DNA of 64,000 nucleotides from contig CM060732.1 of NCBI GenBank assembly GCA_030704615.1, positions 29,326,001-29,390,000 on the forward strand. The letters run 5' to 3'. Of the stretch, positions 51,994-64,000 are shown piece after piece (within the stretch, counting starts at the first letter, position 1; each line of letters opens with the position of its first letter). Source of the DNA: Takakia lepidozioides (lineage: Eukaryota > Plantae > Bryophyta). A model generated the notes under the pieces. It made no database searches. It was not told the DNA's origin and was given only the letters and a program-made list of their open reading frames with translations. A program made the translations under genes and the position numbers.

Positions 51994-54900
51994 TATGAAG
52001 TATTCTTTTGGTTTAATTCTGGGACAAATTTGAAATGGGATGGTTGTGTGTCCTTATTGTCCTCTTTGCAATGTGTGCGTGGAATTCACATTCATGGTTC
52101 CAAACTATTGTTGGAGATGGGGGTTGCATGGACTGCCCGGATTGTTCCTTCAATATATTTGTTGTTTTGTGGACCTCACAGACTTGAGTACATTGCAAAA
52201 ACAAACAAACCACTTTGTTCTCAATTCTCAATTCTCCCCACATCAACCCGCGGAAATAGGTGACACCACTCGGAAATAGGTGACATCCGCGGAAATAGGC
52301 ACTGTTTGCATGCTGACGTGGCGTGAGCCTGTGCTGGGCTCACGCTTTCCTGGGCTCACAGGCTCACGCCTCCAGGCTCACGGAATAGCACCCCCCGATC
52401 CCCAGATAATAGACCATTTCTCATTAAGAAATCCATGGTGGTGCCACCTTGTGTCCCACTTAGATTGTAATGGCTTGGCGTTCAATAGGGCTTTGTATCC
52501 CTGCTTTGTAGAGTAGGTGAAGAATGGGTGGGGACCACTGGGAAAGCTCCATGACCATTCCCCCAAATCCAGGGGAAGCTCAGCCAGAGGTCTGCCTAGG
52601 ACCCAAGAGAATGTATTAACCTGCAGCCATTCGGCGGTGGTTTCCAGGGGTGGTGGGATAGGGTTCATGTCCTTGGAAGGAAGACTCCATCCACAGATTC
52701 TGACCGGGGTTAGGAGGGTCCAGGGAATGTGAATGATTTGATCTGAGAGGAGCTGAAGCAGAATTGAGCCCTGATTGATGGAGAAGGGGAAGATGGCCTG
52801 ATGCGAGGCAGTGGATTCTTGTACAAAGAAGATGGAGAGGCTGCCTCGGAAGATAGCCAAAGCCCAGTGGTTGCGCTGAGGCAACGTTGGTCCCAACTGC
52901 AGGGTGGTTTGCCATAGGGGGGAGATGGATCTTTTGATTTCATCCAGACCTTTGATAGCCCTCGCTTTCCCAACCATTATGGCGATGGTGTCCAGTGATT
53001 TCCAGTCCCCATTTTCCCATAAGTGACTGATCTGTGAAATTCCAAGGTGATCCCAGGCTGACCATCGTTTTGCCTCCTTCTTTTGGATAGCCGTTGGAAA
53101 GTTAGAATTGAGAAAGAGGCTTTGGCGAATGGTTTCGTAGAATGATGTAGGGTCTGCTTTTTTCAGGAATTTCCTTAGCTTGTCCCTGGCTCTCCATATG
53201 GGTTTGCCAGAGCGGGGACCCTGCCACCTTGTGTTTAAACCCTTGTGTCGCCCATCTAAAGGAGGGGTTCCATCTGGCTTTTTTGAGTGGTGAAGCCTGC
53301 ATAATGTGTGGGGCCACAAGGAACTTCCACCACCCCCCTTCTGGGCCAAGAAAACGAGGAATCCATTTCCCCAGGAGAGCCGTTATCTGGGTTTCAGGAT
53401 CTAAAACCCCCAATCCACCTAGTTTTTTGGGCATACAAATTTGTTTCCAGGCTACTTGTGGCCTTTTCCCCTGCCCAGCTTTTTGCGTGCCCCATATGAA
53501 GTTCCTTAGAAGGCGGGTGATCTCCCTGATATGCTTGGTGTCCGGTCTCCAGGAAGAGGCAAAGTACCAGATTCCAGCCTCTAAGATTTGTTTGGCTATA
53601 AGAGCTCTTCCTGAGATGGACAGATGTTTAGAACCCCAATATGAGAGTTGGCGCTTAAGATTGGCTAGGATTGGGGCAAATCTCTGATCGTCCGAAAGGC
53701 CAGTGCCAAAGGTGTATCCCAGCAGTATTGTAGATTCACCTGGCTGAAGCCATTTGAGGCCATGTTGGGAGCCCTAGGTTGGTGCTGGGCCCAAGGTGGT
53801 AGCCGTGAGGTCACCCACCAAGAGAGCTGAAGTCTTGTTCCAGTTCACCTTGAACCCAAAGGCCGAGCAGAACGTGTTGAGTGTGTTTGCCATAGAGTCC
53901 AGATTGGCCGTATCTGCCTGGAGCATGAGGAAGGTATCATCCACAAACATAGAATCTATTATGTGGGTTGCCTGGTGGGTGTAGAAATTAGTGACCGAGA
54001 GGCCCTTGATGGCTGGGTTGTTTTGTAGCATATAGCCGAGAGAGTCGGTCACTATCAGGAAGAGAAAGGGGGCCAAGGGGCATCCCTGCCTTACAGATCC
54101 ATGGAGCTCAAAGGGTTTGGAGAGTGCCCCGTTTATAATAACTCTGCTTGTGGATGATAGGAGTAAAATCTTAACCCATTGGCAAAGGGATTCTGGGAAG
54201 CCAATTTTGGATAAAGCTCCCAGGAGGAAGGACATTCTACCCTATCAAACGCTTTTTCAAAGTCAATGAGGAGAAGGGCTATGGCTTGGGAGGATTGGTG
54301 TGCAAAGAATGGGATCTCCTGGGCCAAGAGAAGGTTGTCCAGAATGTATTTACCCTTTATGAAGCCAGATTGATTGGGTCTAATTAGAGAGGGCAGCAGA
54401 GGCTGTAATCTCATAGCCAGAGCTTTTGCTATTATTTTGTATGCAACGTTGAGGAGCGTGATGGGCCTGTAGTTGGATACATTAGATCTGTCTCCTTTTC
54501 TGAAGATGAGGGTGATAACCCCCTGGGACATACAGGGCGGCATGGATTGCATGGTGTAAAGATGATTTGCCATGTTGGTAAAGTCCTGGGAGATGTCAGT
54601 CCAAAGAGCTTTGTAGAATTCCACCGAGAGACCATCAATTCCAGGAGATTTGTTGTTTTGCAATTTGTTGAGGGCCGCCACTAGTTCCAGGTCCGTAAAG
54701 TCCCCTTCCAGTATCGAGCCTGCAGAGGGGGAGAGGAGAGAGGGAGTGTGGGAGAGGCATTGGGATTGTAGGTTGGAGAGGGAGAGATCTGGAAGGTCTG
54801 AGGTGAATAGGGATGGAAAATGAGAGGCTGCGAAGTCCGCCAGAGATCTAGGGGATGATGCAGAGACCCCAGAAGATTGGTCAATGAGCTCTGAGATGTT

Positions 54901-56149
54901 TTGGGATGCCCTACGTAGCCTGGTTTTGTCAAAGAAGTACTTTGTCATTTTCTCTCCTTTTGTGGACCAGTTGATCCCTGCCTGTAACTTCATTTTGCGA
55001 TCCCGTAAGTCTTGAAAGATGTCAAGGTTGTGTCTGGCTTCCTGGTAAGTTCTAAAGGTGGCGTCATCACATCGGGTTGATTCCATGCGGGCTTGGCAGA
55101 TCTTGAGGCATTTGGTAAGGGCTTTAACCTTTCTTTTGCGGGCTTCTGCCATTTCTAGACTAAGCTTTTGACTGACAGCGTTAACAGCTTTGAGTTTGGC
55201 CAAGAATCTATCCGTGGGGCTATGGGATGGAGAACCTGCCTGGGTCCATGCAAGTAGGAGGGCCTGCTTGAAGACGGGTGATTTAAGAAGAATGTTGTTG
55301 AGCTTGAAGATACCCCTACCCTTGCGTTGCACTGAAGGGATAGAGATGGTTGCTTGGATTGGAGAGTGGTCGAAACCTAGGGGAATGGGTTCTTGGCTAA
55401 GTCTCTTGGTCCACTAGAGCAAATTGTAAGAGACGTACACCCTGTCCAGTCTAGCCATTTGCAGATTCTGAAGATCTCTGTTGTTTGTCTAGGTAAAAGA
55501 GAGGTTTGAAGCGTCCGGGAAAACAGCGGTGGATTCCACCAGGTTATGGTTTTCAATACCCGAGAGCCATTGGTCCATTTCAATTGTGTTAGGGTTGAAG
55601 TTCCCAACGCCTCGTCTGTCCTTGTAAGATTCCACCATGTTAAAGTCACCACCCAGGATCCAACTGTCTATATTAGGCTCGGCATCCATTTTGGAATCAA
55701 GGGTCTGCCAGAAAACTGTCCTTTCCAGGGGACAGTTGGGGGCATAGATGTTGACAAAACCCACAGTTCCAATGTTCTCCGGGAGCTTGAGGGCACAGAA
55801 TTGCAATCTTCCCGGCACCCATGTGGCTTCAGAAGCTAGAAAGGGTAAGAGGGACGGGGTCAGGAGGATGGATGTACCTCCCCTCGAGCCATGGGACGTA
55901 GCTTTCCAAAGGGCTGAGGATAGGGGCCATAGATGGTCAGAGAGCGCTGCTATTTTTTGATGATCAAGCTTGTGTTCCTAGAGAAATATGACACAGTCTT
56001 TTTGCAGTGAAGGGGAGAGCCAATTTTTGATTCTGACCCTCTTTAAAGAGGTTGGGTCTGAACCCAGGCCTCTGATGTTCCAGGAGTGTAGATCAATCCG
56101 CATCCGAAGGTGGCTGGAGGCAGAAAGTGGGGGTCTCTATTGATGGCCT

Positions 56150-57112
56150 AGGATCATAGAACTGAAATTTGACGCGGTGGTCTCTGGGGAGAAGCGATTT
56201 TACCCAGAGATAGTTGGGGGGAGGCTTTCGGTTTCTCTTACAATTCAATGAAAATCCCTCGCTGGTTGGATGGGCCTGGAAGTGGTATCATTGTGAATTG
56301 TGCCAGTGGTATTGGGAAGGTTTTGATGCTTGCTATGCTATCTGTTGCACGGGCGGCCTTCGAGGAGTGTAGGAGCTGCCAGAGGTGACTTGGCACATCC
56401 ATCATTTGCAATTCTCCCGATTCTAGAGAGGATGGCATGAGAGTAGATGGGAGGGTGCGTCTACCCTGTTTCCTAGAATAATTACTTGTATCAAGACAGA
56501 GTAGCCAACATCTAGCAGGGTCTTGAGAGACAGAGCGTGTGCTGCAGCTTCCGGAGTCTCAAAGTTGATGGTGTAGAATCCCCTGCCTTTGTCATTGCAG
56601 AATTGGTGCAGAAGCTCTCCCGGACCCCCTAGGTTCTTGATCGCCCAATCCCTCGCCTGAGTCCTGCTTACCTTCCTTCCTGGGAAATGAACAAGAATGA
56701 TGTGCTCCTGTAGAGATAGGACTTCTTTGGTTGTATTTTGCAGGTCCACTTTGATTAGGGGATACATCTTGCTGAGATTTGCCTGGCAGGATTCTTTGAG
56801 GTCTAACCCCTCCTCTTGTTGAGGGAAGGGGGTTTTGTCTTCATTGGAGCGAAGTGCAGCCTCAGGCTGGTGGAGATTGAGGGGGGGAGGGGGAGGGAGA
56901 GGGGGGACGGGGGGAGGAGAGGGAATTCTTACTCGTTCCAGGCTTGAACCTAGCCTAGACTGGGCTTGGTGCACAAGAAAGAAGTCTGTCCCCAAAGAAG
57001 GATGGGATCTGCCCGTCAGAGGAGGAGCTGTGGCTCTCGAGCGTGAGTCCTGGTGGCTTCTTAGATGGAGCTGCACGTTTGCTAGAGGAGCCATTGATAG
57101 TAGACAAAGCAC
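56150..57112 (-). pseudogene. LINE ORF1 remnant (Pro-rich N-terminus, DUF4283/RRM-like segment, truncated)
   Basis: QEHIILVHFPGRKVS..DWAIKNLG..KGRGFYTINFETPEAAAHAL, upstream of ORF2 on the same strand. Confidence 0.65.
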
Positions 57113-57844
57113 TGAAGAGCACCACTCTAGCTAAGAAGCAGCAAATGAACACTACACTAAAAAGCTCTAACAGAGCCCACTCTAAGAAGCAGCGCTGAAG
57201 CAGTATAGAAGCGCAACCCCTGATTCTAGAGATTAGCAGAAGGGAGGGCACTTAGGATGGAATTACCCTAAAGCAACCCGAATTAAAGAGGTCAAAAGAA
57301 AGATGAAGAGACGGGAGATTAGCTGAAGGGGGGGGGGGTGCTATTCCGTGAGCCCGGAGGCGTGAGCCTGTGAGCCCAGGAAAGCGTGAGCCCAGCACAG
57401 GCTCACGCCACGTCAGCATGCAAACAGTGCCTATTTCCGCGGATGTCACCTATTTCCGAGTGGTGTCACCTATTTCCGCGGGTTGATGTGGGTAGAATTG
57501 AGAATGCCTGAACAGTTTTTGATGAGGTGGACTTCACCGTGATGGATTCACCAACCATTCTTCTAGCAGGAATAGTTTGGGGAGCAACTAGCAAATGATG
57601 CGAGAATGCTCTACACGAACCAAAGTGGTTTGTTTGTTTTCGCAATGTACTCCAGTCTGTGAGGTCCACAAAACATCAAATAGATTGACGGAACAATCCA
57701 GGCAGTCCATGCAACCCCCATCTCCAACAATAGTTTGTAACCATGAATGTGAATTCCACGCACACATTGCAAACAGGACAACAAGGACACACAACCATCC
57801 CATTTCAAATTTGGCCCAGAATTAAACCAAAAGAAAACTTCATA

Positions 57845-60800
57845 TCAAGTGTCGCAGTCATCACAATCAGTGTCCACCTCCTGTGCTATGTCATCTACAA
57901 AGATTCTGGCCCCAACACCACGTGTTCTACGAAGGCCGTCGTAAGGTGGACTCGAAGTGCCATGAACGGACATGCTTGCTGCGAGTGCCTCCGCATAGAC
58001 AGGTAGCACGCAAGACCGAGGAGGACTGCAAACAAGTCCAAATAGGTGTGATAGCCCTGGAGGGCAAGTGGAAGCACGCGGACTCCTGCACATGTCCACA
58101 AAACCCCATTTTTAACACAATGATGCAATGCACAAGTCCAACAAAGAGGATGTCTCCCATGTGCACTTTGCCTGAAGAACAGCGACTCTCGATATTGAAA
58201 CAACAATGCAAGCATGCACAGGTTGAACTTACTCACAGGCAAAGTCGGAGTCCAGCTCCTTGTCAGAAGTCTCCTCTGTATCAGTATCAACGGGACGGGG
58301 CTTTGGAAGGACTTGAGAAGTGTGTCCACCCAAACCCATCAGGAGGTTCTTGTAAATCTCAGCATCCCCTTCAATCCCAAAGACATGTCGCGCACTGGCC
58401 TTGCAAGCGTGGTAAGAAGCACCTGCAGTGGAATAGAATGAATGAAGAAGACATTGAAGACACATTCGGCACGGTGGGAAGTGCTGAAAGTGCAAGCTCA
58501 ATCAAACCTCATGAAATGTGAATGTTGAAGAGACAAACCTGTGCCCATCGACAAATCCAGAACTCTGGCGTTTGTGTAGGTGCAGCACTCCACAATCGTT
58601 TGAATGAAAGCCGGACTCCTCTCCCTCGCCCCTCTCCAAGGAACCCCATTCCCCCTTCGCAAGCACACGTTGCTGTCGACGTAGTTGTGATGCATGTCAT
58701 CCGTGGGGGGATCTGTCCTGTCATCTATGAACTTGGCCCCATGAGTGATGGCAAACTCGGTAATGCCGGCCGGAGTCGTTTGTGGATGCACCCGGACGAG
58801 ACAAACAGCTTCAAACAGACGAGTCTGCGAACATGACATCCACAAGGAACTAAGAAGCAAAAAAAAATCGGGCCCCTACATATGAGTTCGAGCGACCTAT
58901 ACAACCCCATCGGAGAACAACCAAGAAGAGGAAGAAGAAGGCAAACTCACCATCTCTCCCGGGCGATCCCCCTTCGTAAGGTACATGTTGTTCACACAAT
59001 TCCATGTCTTCACGACTCTCATGCCTGAGGCTTTCAAATAGCTAGAAAGTGCACGGCGACACCGACCGTCGATGGACTGGATGAGCACCAAAACACCTGC
59101 ATCGGACAGGAAGAAGTTGCAAAAGGAGAAAACCCACCGCCAGTAGCGCTCATCAAAAGCATTCCAACCCGGACAAGCACCCGATGGAGGGATATCCGGG
59201 ACTGCCAACCCATCAGGGATGTCCAAGATGATCAGTTCGGCTGCATATGGCTTCTCCTTCCCGTTCACCCAGGATTTGGTCATTTTAGCCTGCAAACAAA
59301 AATACAATGGAATTCTCACAAGTTTAGAAACGATCCATGCCCACAGCAGACAAAAACAACAGAAGCCACAGAACCCAAAGAGAACACGCACCGTGCTGAG
59401 GAACTGCACAATCATGTCCCACACTGGTGATGGCTCGCCCTTGTAATCAGATTTCTTCGACTCCATCATGGCAAGGAACCCGACGTTGGCCATCTCCAAC
59501 CTGGTTGGGCGAATGACCCTCGTGGGATGTTCCACTGCATGGTACGGGTCCTTGGGATCAACCACCCCCTTGTTTTTTCTCCCGAATCCCCTACCATGCG
59601 GTGGAGTCTGCTGGACATGCTCCACAGGGCCAATATCTGCAACACTTCCCTGCCCTTGTGCCACCTTCCCTCTACCCCTTCCCTTCCCCACAACACCAGC
59701 AACATCTTTTCCCTTTGCCTTTCTTCCTCTACCTGGGGTATCGTGAGCGGGAGGCTACTTCTCTGCAAGAGTCCTCAAATTTCGTTCATGAATGTCGAGG
59801 TCGGCTGCTGCGGCAGTGGCTGCAATACGGTCATTCTCTCTCCTCAAAGACACCTCTGGAGCTGGGGTCTCAGAAGGAGGGCAATCCAAATACCAACCAC
59901 AAGAAGAAAGATGGTCTGGGCCCCAGTCATGCAAGATCCCAGTAGTGAACATGGTCTGGTTGCCAGCAGGGACAAGCCACAGGTCCACGAAATCTGGATG
60001 TTTGTCCAGGCAATTCTCTTCCAGGAGAACAAACTTTATGTACCTGCAGCAATAGAGACAGCCTCATTTTACAATGGAAATATTGTGTGGCAACTTTTCC
60101 ATCACACCAGGAAGACCCCCTTAAACAGTATGCCACACAACACATTGCAACCACAGCACAAATAAGTAGTGCAAGAGTGTGCACCTGTAAAGGCATCGTT
60201 TCCAGGCTTCCTCTCCTTTTTCTTGCTGGTCCAGCTCATTTGTTCGACTGATGCCACCCTCCTTGCTGAACTCTCTAAAGAAACAAGAGTGCCACAATGT
60301 GGCTCTCCATTTCCTCATGTATGCTTCGAAGGACACCTTCGGTGCTATCATACTGATGCCATAGTCAGCCAGTTGAGTATGCAGAACCGATCTGGCCCTT
60401 TCTTCCAACTGCAAAACAATACAAATGCAAGAATGAAACCAAAAGCAATCACAGCGAATGTAAGAGGCAATAGAAAGATAAGGACAGGAAAAGAGAAAAG
60501 ACAGTGACACAGGGAAGGACATCACACCTGGCTCCAGTAAGTGGCCTTGTGAAGCCAGGTGTCCAGCACATTGTCACTGACAGGAATGACACGCTGGGTC
60601 TTCTTCTCTTTCTCCGGCCTTGGGAACATGTGGGTATCCCTAACTGTGGGATCGGAGTTCCATATCTGCAGCCACTTCACCTTTTGTTCTTGAGACACAA
60701 CGGCGGTAGACAGCCTGTGCAACTTCTCCTGGGCCATTTCTGGCTTGCCTGGCTTGTTATAATGGTTTTTTTATCTCCAGGAGAAACTACGGTCCGAATG

Positions 60801-63150
60801 ATGGGTCGGCAATTCTCAACTGCTTCACGAAAGCACTCATTATAGTCCTTCTTGTAGCGGTCATCTCTTTCTGGATGCGACTCTCAACCCCCTTTGCTGT
60901 CCTTCTCTCCTCAGGGGTAGAGCTGTAGTATTCCAGTTTGCCACGCTCCCCTGCATCTGCAATGTCTTGCTGCAAGGGAATGCAAGAGAGTTGCATCACC
61001 ACAAGGTCAAGGGAAACAAACAGAAACAAACATGTGGAATATGGAAGACCAGATGAAGGAAGATGTATCTCACCGTGTACATGTACTCAATGAAAGCCTC
61101 ACGGGTCAACGAGTACCACGTTTCCGATGTCTTGGAGCTTTCGCACTTCTTGTACATCTCTGCTGAAAGGATGGTCTTGAAGTTGGTCAAGGGCATCTGC
61201 CCTATCCTTTGTATCCTATACAGTGTGTGAACCAAACTCGTTTTGACATGCGATGTCTCCGTTCCTCTACAGAATGATATCTGTAAGTCAGAATGAAATT
61301 CAAGGTCTTCAATCAAAGAAGAACGGAACCACAAGTGGAACATGTAGAATGAGAAACCAACCTGTTCACATCATTCATTGCCGTCAGAAGACCCATCATG
61401 TTCCCGTCACAATCCAGCACCATCGATCGAACAGAGTAATGCCACTCTTCCTCCTGTGAGTGCAGCCTCCCAATGACAGCCATCCCTGCAAGCAAGCGGT
61501 GGTTCCCATCCCAAACGTGAAACATCTTTCCCGAGAATGCCTGGGTGGAAGGTTTCCTGGAGAGAAGAAGTTCGAAGGATTCGTTCAGCTGTCTCCAAAT
61601 GGGGTCCCAGGAGTCCACGATTGACTGATCCACGAGGAGCTCATTACCTTTGGAATCCCTAGTAGAAACGTAAAAGACTGCGGATCCATCCAAATACCCA
61701 TGCACAAACTCGGCCTCCAGCTTGAGAATGTCCTTGACGAGGGGTGTACGAACGACGGGCATGGAAACCAACCTACACAGGGGAATCTTCAACCTCCCAC
61801 CCGGGGCAAGCATACTTTGCACCACAAGCTGAGAGTTTACCTTCTGACCCCCCAGCATCTCAGCGGCTTTGCTTTCATAGAACTCATCGTCCACATCAAC
61901 AATTATCTCCTTCTCCTGACCCGAAGGGACCTCATCTGCCACACTTTGCATCTTCTCCTGCAGGGTTGTTCATTCAACTTGATATTAGAGAGGCATGAAA
62001 CATCGGCTTAGGCATGAAAAAGTGGGCTCAAAGAGTGTGCGTTGACGCACAGTATTTAAAGCTGCCAGGTAAGTGTACATTGACCCTCACAGACATGTCC
62101 TATGTTGCCGAATTCCACAGAAATAGACAATGTAAAAGTGGGCTCAAACAGTGTGCGTTGACGCACACTGTTTCACTTGCCATGTAAATGATCATTGAAC
62201 ATCTACTTGTGCCAGGTAAGTGTTCATTGTAAACTCCAAGATATGCGGCCGATTTTGGATGAAAAAAGTGAAAAGGTGAGTTCGAACAGTGTGACATGTA
62301 CAGCTCAAACAGTGTGCGTTGACGCACACTGTTTGAACTGCCAGTGAGGGATTATTTCATCCTCAGAAACGTGCCCTAAATGCCGAATTTCAATCGGAAA
62401 AAACACTTACATGTTCAGCTCAAACAGTGTGCGCCAACGCACACTGTTTGAGCTGCCACTGAAGGGTTCTGTCGTCCTGACATACATATCCTGGAAAACC
62501 GATATCGAGACGGAAACAACAGTGAAATGTTCAGCTCAACTGTCTCTGATTGAGCTTGCAATTTGGGTTGTATTGAACCTGCTGTAGTGCCCAAGTTTGG
62601 GCGTTTCGCACCTGAACAATCAACCAAATTGGTAGGCCCAAATAGTGTGCATTGCCGCACACTATTTGGGCTTCCAGTTTGCGGTGCTTTCAGCTTGGTG
62701 CAGATGTCCTGTGTGGGCTATATTTATATCAGCAACGAAACACAAATGTGGGTCTTAAAGATTTCACCTTTTTCTTGGCTGCTCCAGAAGACTCCCCAAT
62801 TGCCGGGGACCCTTTTTGCTTCGGGCTGCTCTCTGCGCCGAGCGTGTACGTGAGCCTCTCCCCCTTCCTCTTTCCCGCAGGCAGACTCCTCATGAGGCCA
62901 CCTTCAACATCCTCTTCCATCTCGTCTGTCTCTCCCTCAGATGCGGTGTCCTCTTCATCTGTTCTTGGAACTATGGCGGGCTGCTGTTCTTCTGCTGATT
63001 CCTGCTCCTCCATCGCCACACTTTCCTCTACTCCCTCTTCTACCTCCTTTTCCTCTTCGTCCACTCTTTCCATCCTCATTCTATCTCTGGCTCTATTCCT
63101 GTTTCTAGAGCTCGTGAAGTATAGTGACTTCATTCTCTTCCTCCTCCATT
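57845..63150 (-). pseudogene. ParB-MTase cargo gene, copy C, including acidic exon 1; two nonsense codons (60787-60789, 59755-59757)
   Basis: Exon 1 (~63150-62768, Glu-rich then basic NLS-like AAKKK, AAG|GTG donor) splices in phase to 61957 (EKMQSV..ParB exon); remaining exons as in B. Start codon uncertain. Confidence 0.85.
62030..62672. repeat. Dispersed, degenerate copies of the CAAACAGTGTGCG palindrome in intron 1 of copy C
   Basis: Copies at ~62035, 62143-62175, 62302-62338, 62417-62453 and ~62640-62670, irregularly spaced. Confidence 0.85.
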
Positions 63151-64000
63151 GGAAACTAGGGCTCCCCACGATGCCTCTAGAGCTCTCCAGTTTGATGTTT
63201 GTAACAAGTGCTGCTATGGCATGTAACCAAAATCGAAATTGGACGTTGTCAACCATATTTGGATGCGGGTGTTGTTATTGTGTGCGAACGGAATTCATCC
63301 ATTCCGTCGTCTCCGTATTATCCAAGCAATAAAGCGCTAGAAAAAAAGTACATCCGTTGCATGCACTAGCGATATATGTCAGATGTATTGCGCCGCCTGC
63401 CAATACACCTTCTTGCTTTCTTTCAAATTCGGATGTGCCGTAGAAATCTAATGCTAGTTCATTTTCGAGCAGTTCTTGCAGATCCGCAATAATTGTTATG
63501 CTTCACATATGCATCCACGTGTGTTGTACTGCCTATCCTGTGGTTTGCATTTTACCGTTACCGTCGCCATGGGGTCATTCGGCATAAAGGGTTCTGTCGG
63601 ATACGACCATGTCTGCCACGCATTCGTGCGAGGTATCTTCTGCAGTGTCAGTGTTTGTGTTGTGCTCTTCTGGCACAACACAACCTCAAGACATTTGTGG
63701 TCTTCCTGTTTACTGCTCTCCAGGGTTGTTGCCGTCTTTTCATAATGGTTGGTTTCATGTCGTTTTCAGTGTTTGTTTTCATCCATAAACAGCACGGCTT
63801 CTTGTAGTATTTCAAAACAGTTTTTCTGGTTAGTGCCTCTTGGCGTTGCTGTTTCCGAAGTGAAGGTGCATCTCATCCCTACATCCTTTGCATGCATCAC
63901 CTGCAACCTTTGGATTGGAGCTACCCTTGTTGACCTCGGTTTGCTTGTCTTAATTCCCCTTTCGGTAATTGCGGGATATCAATTCGAGGATTCCGCAACT

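Larger units (their letters stand above)
42628..52396. mobile_element. Mutator-like (non-TIR) DNA transposon, copy B, both ends present, internally deleted (9769 bp)
   Basis: Perfect 9-bp TSD GATCCCCAG at 42619-42627 and 52397-52405; ends CAGCGTAGCAACGGCGTGAGCC.. and ..GGCTCACGGAATAGCACCCCCC; encodes a MULE-type transposase. Confidence 0.95.
41979..56103 (-). pseudogene. LINE ORF2 (APE endonuclease + reverse transcriptase + C-terminal Cys/His region), with stops and frameshifts, interrupted at 42628-52396
   Basis: MRIDLHSWNIRGLG start, NIYAPN, WILGGDFN, KSPGIDG, NYRPITLLN, DFEKAFDRV, RQGCPLAP, FVDD, PKKLGGLG, ETIEHALLGC, LWHLWKAR. Confidence 0.9.
41572..57332 (-). mobile_element. Decayed L1/Tx1-type LINE, split by MULE copy B and abutted at its 5' end by MULE copy C
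   Basis: A-rich 3' tail (T-runs 41572-41613 on +), ORF2 with APE-RT-zinc-binding region, ORF1 remnant; ORF2 reading frame (..EKWSIIWGS|IWIKTCPAKV..) is rejoined when copy B and one TSD are removed. Confidence 0.9.
57333..64000. mobile_element. Mutator-like transposon copy C (more diverged; continues beyond the window)
   Basis: Same GGGGGGTGCTATTCCGTGAGCC end; collinear with A; carries a ~110-bp segment (57506-57618) absent from A/B and retains cargo exon 1. Confidence 0.9.

Noticed and set aside
18987-52396. Copies A and B as giant inverted termini of a single 33-kb element
   Set aside because: B has its own perfect 9-bp TSD inside the LINE, and the outer flanks (GGAGCCACC versus GATCCCCAG) do not match.
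63300-64000. Start of the copy C transposase on the + strand
   Set aside because: Expected from the layout of copy B, but no convincing coding frame is visible before the window ends.

Overview
Eukaryotic (intron-containing, non-seed land-plant-like; hornwort/bryophyte is my inference) genomic window. The first ~14.7 kb hold three host genes: a multi-exon plastid starch synthase (GT5, SSIV/SSVI type, minus strand, running off the left edge), a small AT-hook protein and plastid ribosomal protein PSRP3/Ycf65. The remaining ~49 kb is a nest of mobile elements: a complete Ty3/gypsy LTR retrotransposon (27767-41008, CACCT TSD, extra ORFs on both sides of gag-pol), a decayed L1-type LINE, and three copies (A 18987-gap, B 42628-52396 with a 9-bp TSD, C 57333-end) of a Mutator-like DNA transposon without true TIRs. 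This transposon carries, divergently from a DDE+SWIM transposase, a spliced cargo gene fusing a ParB/Srx-like domain (DGNHR) to a beta-class amino-(N6A/N4C)-DNA-methyltransferase-like domain (DIPD...VLDLxxGTG). The first intron of that gene holds a palindromic ~116-bp repeat, expanded to >20 copies in A and B. A diverged paralogue of the cargo gene with a different intronic palindromic array lies at 15510-18986 in an older element. The transposon-borne ParB-MTase plus cognate palindrome array is the candidate novel system. All cargo copies seen here carry stops or frameshifts.
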